Source of the DNA: an uncultured Spirochaetota bacterium
GTDB taxonomy: Bacteria > Spirochaetota > UBA4802 > UBA5550
Assembly: GCA_963732395.1 (NCBI GenBank)
Contig: CAVSZF010000003.1
Span: 114,733 to 178,732 of the forward strand
DNA length: 64,000 bases
Direction: 5' to 3'
Shown here one piece after another: positions 45,145 to 51,823 of the stretch (its first letter is position 1; each line of letters opens with the position of its first letter). Position numbers and translations under genes: made by a program. Below the pieces are notes generated by a model. The model searched no databases, was not told the DNA's origin, and saw only the letters and a list, made by a program, of their open reading frames with translations.

Positions 45145-46469
45145 CCTGCCGTGCCTTCATACCGTGGCGGCCTGCCTTCCCCCGCCAGCAATTCGTTCAC
45201 CTCGCCCTTGAGTTCGATAATGCGCGTCTCGCGACCAAGCGTGGCCTCATGCCATCGGCGAAGCTCGTTGATCTGATCTTTGAGCTGATTTTCAATATTC
45301 TTGAGCCCGGTAATTTCTTTTGAAGAGCAGATTGCGGATACGACTTCCCCTTTCTCGTTTTTGATCGGGGTAATGGTCGTTAAATAATATCGATCGCCGT
45401 CTTCCCGGGGAACGCGCGCCTCGATGGTTTTTTTCATTCCCGTGTTGACGACCTGGCTGAGGGCCGCGAAGCGCGTATCCGCCTCCTCCCGGGGAAAGAT
45501 ATCCCATAATGTAGCGCCGATGATTTCCTCGACCTTCCTTCCGACCCCCTTTGCGAAGGCATCATTGACATAAAGGTAGTGACCGTCACGCTCGAATGCA
45601 AAGATCGGGTCCGATGATTCGTCAAGAAGTATGCGGTGCTTCTCCTCGCTTTCCCTCAGCGCGTTCTCCGCCTGTTTTCGTTTCGTTATATCCTCGATAA
45701 TACAGACCACATCATGTTCCGTTTCATCATCCGATATCAGCATCGCGGAATTCACGCTTACATCAATGAAGGACCCGTCCTTCCGGACCATTTCACATTC
45801 CTTTTCGTAGGAAAAACCCTTGCTTACGACATCGTGAAAAAATTCGGCGGCCATTTCAAGATAATCCGGATGGATTATACCCGGCAAGGGAGAACCGACC
45901 ATCTCCCCTTTCCCGTATCCGAGATATTGATCGATCCGGCTGTTGCAGTCAACAATCACGCCGTCCCGACTCACTATAAGAAACAGATTGGGGGCGGTTT
46001 CATATATTGAACGGAACTTATTCTCGCTTCTCTTCAGCAACCTCTCGGCACTAACCCTTCTGTTCTTTTCTTCCCTCTCCTCGAGGGCGCGTTTCACCGC
46101 GGGAACAAGTCTCGAGAGATTTTGCTTCAGCACATAATCGGTGGCGCCATTTTTGACCGCCTCAATCGCCACATCCTCCCCCATGGTCCCGGTTACAAAT
46201 ATGAAGGGGATTATACTCTCCTCATTCTTCACGATGTCCAGGGCTTCAAGCCCGTCAAATGAAGGGAGTTTGTAGTCGGCCAGTATCAGGTCGGGCTTGA
46301 AGCCTCGGAGTTCCCTTATGAAATCGTCTCTGGTCTGAACGCGCTTCGATCTGATGGTAAAACCGGCTTTCCCCAGCTCGATAGTGTTCAACTCCGCGTC
46401 GGTGTCGACATCTTCAAGGAAGAGTATTTTTATTGTTTCATTCATATCGGCAACCCTGTCATCAGCCAT
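45141..46469 (-). CDS. response regulator REC-PAS-PAS with conserved C-terminal module, no known output domain
   Basis: 442 aa. Receiver ILFLEDVDTD...ILADYKLPSFDG...DYVLKQ, then two PAS. Ends INELRRWHEATLGRETRIIELKGEVNELLAGEGRPPRYEGTAG. Its stop is ATGA-fused to the 7TM fragment. Confidence 0.85.
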   Translation of the reverse strand: MADDRVADMNETIKILFLEDVDTDAELNTIELGKAGFTIRSKRVQTRDDFIRELRGFKPDLILADYKLPSFDGLEALDIVKNEESIIPFIFVTGTMGEDVAIEAVKNGATDYVLKQNLSRLVPAVKRALEEREEKNRRVSAERLLKRSENKFRSIYETAPNLFLIVSRDGVIVDCNSRIDQYLGYGKGEMVGSPLPGIIHPDYLEMAAEFFHDVVSKGFSYEKECEMVRKDGSFIDVSVNSAMLISDDETEHDVVCIIEDITKRKQAENALRESEEKHRILLDESSDPIFAFERDGHYLYVNDAFAKGVGRKVEEIIGATLWDIFPREEADTRFAALSQVVNTGMKKTIEARVPREDGDRYYLTTITPIKNEKGEVVSAICSSKEITGLKNIENQLKDQINELRRWHEATLGRETRIIELKGEVNELLAGEGRPPRYEGTAG

Positions 46470-46488
46470 CTTCGCCTCTGCGGTATCT

Positions 46489-46932
46489 TTATACCGGGGC
46501 CTGATTGATCACCAGCCAGTACATCTCAAGGTCCTTGACGATCTTGATGAAATTTTCGAACTGCACCGGCTTGACTATGTAGCTGTTCACGCCGAGTTTA
46601 TACGCTTCGACAAGATCGCGTTCCTCTTTCGATGAGGTTAAAACGACAACAGGAATGTTTTTTGTCGTATCGTCCGACCGTATTTTCCTGAGGACCTCGA
46701 TGCCGTCCACCTTGGGCAGTTTGAGGTCCAGGAGTATCACTCTCGGCTTCACGGTGGTGTCCCGTTTTTCATATCGCCCCGTGCCGAATATGTATTCCAG
46801 CGCCTCCTCCCCGTCTTTCACATGATGAATGACATTGGCGAGTTTGTTCTCCTTCAGGGCCATTAACGTCAGCTCTGCGTCATTCGGGTTGTCCTCAACA
46901 AGCAGAATATCGACCGCGTTTAAATCAGTCAT
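46489..46932 (-). CDS. single-domain response regulator (Rcp1 type)
   Basis: 147 aa. [13 protein letters not shown]...[12 protein letters not shown]...SYIVKP. Paralogue of 30193-30639. Confidence 0.9.
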   Translation of the reverse strand: MTDLNAVDILLVEDNPNDAELTLMALKENKLANVIHHVKDGEEALEYIFGTGRYEKRDTTVKPRVILLDLKLPKVDGIEVLRKIRSDDTTKNIPVVVLTSSKEERDLVEAYKLGVNSYIVKPVQFENFIKIVKDLEMYWLVINQAPV

Positions 46933-48970
46933 ACTGTCCCTCCTTTGGGGGTAATGTGAAATAAAATACGGCGCCTTCGTTTACCGCACCCTCGGCCCGT
47001 ATGTGCCCGCCGTGGCGGTGGATGATCCGCTGAACCAGGGCAAGGCCCACCCCCGTGCCCTCGAATTCTTCCTTTGTATGCAGGCGTTGAAAAACGCCAA
47101 AAAGCTTGTGCACATATTTCATATTAAATCCAACACCATTGTCTTTCACATAATACATATTTTCATTGTTCCCGGACTTTCCGCCCAATTCGATGACCGC
47201 TTCGGTCTTCGGCGATGTGAACTTTATCGCGTTGGAAAGCAGGTTCATCAGCACTATCCTGATCATGGCGGCATCAGCATATACTCCTGGAGGAGAATTA
47301 ACCTTGAAAATGATGTTCCTTCCGGGTTGTTCCTGCGCCAGCAGGGCATACACGTCACTGGCAAGGTGTTCCATGTCGATTATTGAGCATTTCATTTCCT
47401 GCTTGCCTATCCGGGAAAATGAGAGCAGATCGTCGATGAGCTTGCCCATGTCCTGCGTGTTGGTCCTGATAATATCCAGGTACCTTTTCCCGGTGTCATC
47501 GAGGAGGCTGGAACAGTTGTCGAGTAAAACCTTCGAAAAGCCGTCGATGGCCCGCAGCGGCGCCCTGAGGTCGTGGGAAACCGAATAACTGAATGCGTCC
47601 AGTTCCTTGTTGATGGTCTCGAGATTTACGATGTTTTGCCTGAGTTCTTCATTCAGCTTTTTGATCAACTCATCCGCTATTTTATGATCGGTGATATCCT
47701 GGAATGTACCCCTGATTCCTTTCACTATTCCATCTTTTTTATACGCATACCCTATCGCGTGGACCCACCTGAGATTGTTTTTTCTCGTCAGGATACGCAA
47801 TTCCACGTCAAACGGCTCCGAGAAATCGATCGCCTTCTGAACCGCTTCCGAGATTATCGGCCTGTCGTCAGTATGATAAAAATCTATCGCTTTACTTATA
47901 TCCGGTTTGAAATCAGGTTCTGCTTCGTGTATGGTGAAAACTTCCTTGCTCCAGATCACTTCATCGTTTTCAAGATCAATTTCCCAGCCGCCCACCATGG
48001 CCATGCGGCCTGTTTCCTCCAATATCCGCTGGTTTTTCAATAATTCTTCTTCGACCAGCTTCCGTTTCGTTATATCAAGCGTAAAACCGATTATTCCTAT
48101 AATAGCACCTTTTGCGTCTCGATACGGTATCTTGTCTGTCTGGGCCCACAGAGTACCTGTCCCGGTATTCATAGGCTCGATGATGTTTCTTCGGGGATTG
48201 CCGGAATTGATCACCTCCAGATCATCCTTCCAGAAAGCTTCAGCCTGCTCTTTCGGATATAGATCCCAGAGGGATGCCCCTTCCAGTTGCTCCCTTGTCA
48301 TTCCCATTACTTCAGCAAAAGCCTTATTTATCCGTATAAACCGATTCTCTGAGTCCTTATAAAAGATCCATGCCGGCACGGAATCGAGTATAACCTGCTG
48401 TTCTTCCCGCTGTTTCTGAAGTTTTTCTTCAATCTCACTTCGTTCCCCGATCTCCTCCCTGAGCCGTTCGTTTATCAAGTTGATTTCCACGGTGCGCTCT
48501 TCCACCATTTCTTCCAGATGGTCGCGGTGTTTTACCAGTTCCTCCTCCGCCGCAATCAACTCTTCGTTGGCCGCTTCGTATTCTTCCTTCTTTTCCTGCA
48601 TTTCGTCCTGGATCTTATTTTTCGCTGAGATGTCATGTCCGTATACCGCAAAAATTTCCGATCTATTATTCTCATCGAATAACGGCTGTATGACGTATTC
48701 AATATGCCTTTCGTTTATCACGTTTTCAAAACCTGCGGGTGTCCCGGTCTTTATAACCCCGGCCATATGCCGTTTCATCGATTTTACGAAACCGGCCGGG
48801 GAATTGTCGTACAGGGATTTCCCCGTCATCCCGTCGATTTTTCTTCCCAGCACATTCGCCGCCGTGGTATTCGCGTACTCCACGATCCCCTTCCTGTCGA
48901 TGAGCACCATGAAACCGGGAGCGTCATCCATGAGGACCCGGAAAGTCGCTTCATTGTTTTTAGACTTCAT
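46925..48970 (-). CDS. PAS(x3-4)-HisKA-HATPase sensor histidine kinase (soluble)
   Basis: 681 aa. PAS blocks, H-box [17 protein letters not shown]-box [12 protein letters not shown]-boxes VKDNGVGF / GTGVGLALV. Confidence 0.9.
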   Translation of the reverse strand: MKSKNNEATFRVLMDDAPGFMVLIDRKGIVEYANTTAANVLGRKIDGMTGKSLYDNSPAGFVKSMKRHMAGVIKTGTPAGFENVINERHIEYVIQPLFDENNRSEIFAVYGHDISAKNKIQDEMQEKKEEYEAANEELIAAEEELVKHRDHLEEMVEERTVEINLINERLREEIGERSEIEEKLQKQREEQQVILDSVPAWIFYKDSENRFIRINKAFAEVMGMTREQLEGASLWDLYPKEQAEAFWKDDLEVINSGNPRRNIIEPMNTGTGTLWAQTDKIPYRDAKGAIIGIIGFTLDITKRKLVEEELLKNQRILEETGRMAMVGGWEIDLENDEVIWSKEVFTIHEAEPDFKPDISKAIDFYHTDDRPIISEAVQKAIDFSEPFDVELRILTRKNNLRWVHAIGYAYKKDGIVKGIRGTFQDITDHKIADELIKKLNEELRQNIVNLETINKELDAFSYSVSHDLRAPLRAIDGFSKVLLDNCSSLLDDTGKRYLDIIRTNTQDMGKLIDDLLSFSRIGKQEMKCSIIDMEHLASDVYALLAQEQPGRNIIFKVNSPPGVYADAAMIRIVLMNLLSNAIKFTSPKTEAVIELGGKSGNNENMYYVKDNGVGFNMKYVHKLFGVFQRLHTKEEFEGTGVGLALVQRIIHRHGGHIRAEGAVNEGAVFYFTLPPKEGQYD

Positions 48971-48973
48971 CCC

Positions 48974-49325
48974 CTATCTCCAGCAACCGGTGGTGAAAAA
49001 CAGTGCGCCCTCGCTGACATTTCCCTCGCTCCGCGCACATCCTTTGTGCCGGGTGATTATCCGCCCGGGCAGGCCGGGACCAATTTTCGCACCCTCGAAT
49101 TCCTTTATGGGGTGAAGCCTCTGGAAAACATTGAACAATGTATCCATCTGCTTCATGTCAGAGCCGGCTCCGTTGTGCGCGATACAAAATATCTTTTACC
49201 GTCCCTCGTCACGGCCACTGAATTCTAACCGGGCACTATCCCCTGGTCTCGGGAACTTGAGCGCGTTTGAGAATGAATTTGTGATAACAGCTTTCAGCGG
49301 GGATTGATCCCCGCTTGCGGGCGTG
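48974..49325 (-). pseudogene. remnant of a histidine-kinase ATP-binding domain
   Basis: Hand translation gives ...GDQSPLKAVITNSFSNALKFPRPGDSARLEFSGRDEGR*KIFCIAHNGAGSDMKQMDTLFNVFQRLHPIKEFEGAKIGPGLPGRIITRHKGCARSEGNVSEGALFF. This aligns with the N-, G1- and G2-box region of the neighbouring kinase. In-frame TAA at 49196-49198. No H-box or sensor part lies upstream. Confidence 0.65.
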
Positions 49326-49543
49326 AGGTGGGCAATGTGATAGCAGAACATCGTGCGTTACCGCCTGAAGTGGTGACCGATGCGCGTGTGTGCGGCAACT
49401 CTTCATTTCGGCAAACAGGGCAGCGGCACTGCGTTCCTAACAACCGGAATGCGGAGCCCGCCGGATCGAATCCAGGGATGCGCACACAGGAATTCTACTA
49501 CAATATATGCATTACAATGCTCACCGTCAACATTAATGGAATG

Positions 49544-49820
49544 CCCCCCCGTCCTTACGCCCCCCAACCCCTCCGTCCTTACACCCCCCAACCCCCCGGA
49601 GGGGGGCATAAGACCATTAAATCTATCCCTCTACTGCCCCCCTCCGGGGGGTGGGGGGGCAGAGGGCATAAGACCATTAAATCCATCTCACTACAGCCCC
49701 CCTCCGGGGGGGTGAGGGGGCGGAGGGCCGAAGGCCTTCAAATCTATCTCACAATAGCCCCCCTCCGGGGGGGTGGGGGGGCCTCCGGGGGGTCGGGGGG
49801 TCACAGGGCTGGGGGGCGGG
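49544..49820. repeat. tandem array (3-4 units of ~60 bp) of the GC-rich palindromic repeat family
   Basis: Units start at 49587, 49637, 49697 and 49758. Each is CCCCCCTCCGGGGGG(T)GGGGGGG followed by a conserved AT-richer part (CATAAGACCATTAAATC[CT]ATC...). Preceded by two copies of GTCCTTAC[AG]CCCCCAACCCC. Confidence 0.85.
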
Positions 49821-49843
49821 TCAGAGGGCCCCGCCGCGGCCGG

Positions 49844-50626
49844 TCAATTGCCCTTCATCTCCCGCAGAGCACTGAGATAGGGCTCGGCGCTGACGGAAAC
49901 GGGCCCGAGGAAGGGGTTGTCCAGGTGTACGATGAGGAGGAGAATCAGGACGATCATGATCGAGAGCATCGCCGTCATCATGACCTGGGGGGCAAAATTG
50001 GGGGCGCCGAAAAAGAAGGTGAAGGAGATGGTGATGGCGGCCCCGGCGATGAGGACGAACCACATGAAGCCGGGTATCATCGTCTGGCTGTTGCTGACAC
50101 GCGCCTGGCGGGCGCCGTACAGGTCATCAAGCATCGTGAGAGAAAGGGAAAAGATCGGATCTTTCATGTACCCGTCAGGGACCTGCGTGATGAAGAGGTC
50201 ACGGATCCCCGTCATGATCGAGATTGTCTTCCTGCTCTCAAGGCCCCGGCCCATGAGGGACCACTCGTCCTTCACGATGGAGGCGGCATACTCTACCAGC
50301 CCGGCCCTTACCTGGGACTTTACCGGTTCCGGCAGTCCCCTTGCGATATGGTGAAGGTTGACGATGGCGCCGGCCTCGACCCGTATGCTGTTCCTTCCTT
50401 CCTTATACTCCTCGTAGACCGCCATGGTCATGAAGGCCAGAAGGACGCTGTAGACGACCCCGAGGACCGCGTAGTTGAATCCCGCAACCTCGTTGTTGTT
50501 CCTGAGGGTTTCATGTCGGTATTTCCAGCGGATGACGGCATGGATGAGGCACGCCATTCCGCTGGTAAGGACAACGGCTATCGCAATGGATGCCCAATGC
50601 GGCAATTGCGCGAGAAGAGTTCCCAT
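49844..50626 (-). CDS. DUF4239-like integral membrane protein
   Basis: 260 aa. Two N-terminal and two C-terminal TM helices flank a soluble region. The family assignment is from memory of this topology and length and is not verified. Confidence 0.55.
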   Translation of the reverse strand: MGTLLAQLPHWASIAIAVVLTSGMACLIHAVIRWKYRHETLRNNNEVAGFNYAVLGVVYSVLLAFMTMAVYEEYKEGRNSIRVEAGAIVNLHHIARGLPEPVKSQVRAGLVEYAASIVKDEWSLMGRGLESRKTISIMTGIRDLFITQVPDGYMKDPIFSLSLTMLDDLYGARQARVSNSQTMIPGFMWFVLIAGAAITISFTFFFGAPNFAPQVMMTAMLSIMIVLILLLIVHLDNPFLGPVSVSAEPYLSALREMKGN

Positions 50627-50867
50627 GGAAAGTCAGCTCCAATTATTTCCGCAATCAGGGGAGCCGGCACCTGAATCGCCATTTTTCACCGGATCGGTGT
50701 AGAGACCGGACTATTATTATAGAGAAAAAAAATTGCTCCCTGTCAAGCGATTTACACGATGACGCCGCAGGAAGAATATGATGTGAACTACTTACGGGGA
50801 TATATGCCCCCTTTTCCCTGGATGTGGTGCATATCCGTACACTTGCTGCAGAATAATTCATTTCAAG

Positions 50868-50895
50868 TTGACAAATCGTGCCTGAAAGCTACAAT
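50868..50895 (+). promoter_or_regulatory. sigma70-like promoter for the MORN lipoprotein gene
   Basis: TTGACA (50868-50873), 16-nt spacer, TACAAT (50890-50895), 31 nt upstream of ATG 50927. Confidence 0.4.
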
Positions 50896-50926
50896 AATTA
50901 TACAATCCCAGAAAGGAGCGTCTATC

Positions 50927-51412
50927 ATGAAAAGAACTATCATTTTCTTCATGGCCCTCGTATCCGCATCGGCCCTCTTTATCACGGGGTGCGCCACCAC
51001 CATCGACTACCCTTCGGGGGATAAATATGTCGGCAAGGCATCCGACAAAGTGAGAAGCGGCGAGGGCGAATATATCTGGAAGACGGGGGACAGGTATGTC
51101 GGCCCCTACAGGGACGGCCTCAGAAGCGGCGAAGGCACCTACACCTGGGCCGGGGGTGACGTCTACAGGGGAGTCTATCAAAAAAACATCAAGGACGGCA
51201 GGGGCGTCTATACCTGGGTCACCGGGGACAGGTACGAAGGCGATTGGAAAAACGGGATGATGCACGGCCAGGGGACCTATACATGGAAATCAGGCGACAG
51301 GTACGCGGGAGAGTTCAAAAACCATAAACGTGACGGACAGGGTGTCATGTACTACTCCGACGGGAAAACGCTCAAGGGCCTCTGGAAGAATAATATTTAC
51401 CAGGGAGATTAG
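50927..51412 (+). CDS. MORN-repeat lipoprotein
   Basis: ORF track 50759-51412. Start ATG 50927 follows AAAGGAG. Signal peptide plus lipobox FITGC. Six or more Y-x-G-x-[WY]-x-x-G-x-x-x-G-x-G repeats (GDRYVGPYRDGLRSGEGTYTW...). Confidence 0.88.
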   Translation: MKRTIIFFMALVSASALFITGCATTIDYPSGDKYVGKASDKVRSGEGEYIWKTGDRYVGPYRDGLRSGEGTYTWAGGDVYRGVYQKNIKDGRGVYTWVTGDRYEGDWKNGMMHGQGTYTWKSGDRYAGEFKNHKRDGQGVMYYSDGKTLKGLWKNNIYQGD

Positions 51413-51431
51413 TTCCTTCTTCTTGAAATAA

Positions 51432-51458
51432 GGGGCCCCTGCACGCATCGCAGGGGCC
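51432..51458 (+). terminator. stem-loop after the MORN gene
   Basis: GGGCCCCTGC (51432-51441) / GCAGGGGCCC (51449-51458) with a 7-nt loop. Only a weak T-rich tail (TGTTGT). Confidence 0.45.
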
Positions 51459-51635
51459 CTGTTGTAAACCGGGCGTGCATTTAAAACCTGCCATCCCTGC
51501 CAATCATGCCCCCATCCAGGAATTGAACAAATTTAAAATTTATTCACTTTTTCTATTGACCCTATTGACGATATATAAAATATGTCGTATCTTTTTGCAT
51601 TGTCTTACTTAAATGGAAGATTACCGGGGGAAGTG

Positions 51636-51800
51636 ATGAAAACGGAGATTCAAGATGAGTATGAACTCATCGCCAAGCATTGCCCTTGCTGCGAATCGAT
51701 CGTCATGGCGAAGGTCGAAATCGAAGCATCGGGCAGGATGAAATACAACGGCTACAAGTGCTCGCATTGCGATTGGTCGAATCCGGGAAATGTCAGATAG
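51636..51800 (+). CDS. small zinc-ribbon protein (hypothetical)
   Basis: ORF track 51582-51800. ATG 51636 follows GGGGGAAG. Has CPCC ... CSHC, which looks like a four-Cys ribbon. No family recognised. Confidence 0.4.
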   Translation: MKTEIQDEYELIAKHCPCCESIVMAKVEIEASGRMKYNGYKCSHCDWSNPGNVR

Positions 51801-51823
51801 TCAGGATTCCATGCCACGTCTCG

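Noticed and set aside
33800-45160. Interpreting the repeat-flanked 11.2-kb chemosensory block as a transposon, ICE or genomic island
   Set aside because: The block has no transposase, integrase, relaxase or tRNA attachment site, and the block itself has no terminal inverted repeats. The flanking repeats are host gene sequence, which points to homologous recombination and not to a mobile element.
49455-49480. tRNA-like T-loop sequence GGATCGAATCC and a GUGCG (group II intron 5'-end-like) word at ~49354
   Set aside because: No complementary T-stem, acceptor stem or anticodon arm can be drawn on either strand, and no intron domain V-like hairpin is present. The region is better explained as decayed kinase coding sequence.
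49587-49780. CRISPR-like geometry: a ~23-nt GC-rich palindromic repeat alternating with ~37-nt intervening segments at a 60-61-bp period
   Set aside because: The intervening segments resemble each other (CATAAGACCATTAAATC[CT]ATC...), so the whole 60-bp unit is repeated and there are no unique spacers. There are only 3-4 units and no cas genes in the window. The same element also occurs as single copies elsewhere.
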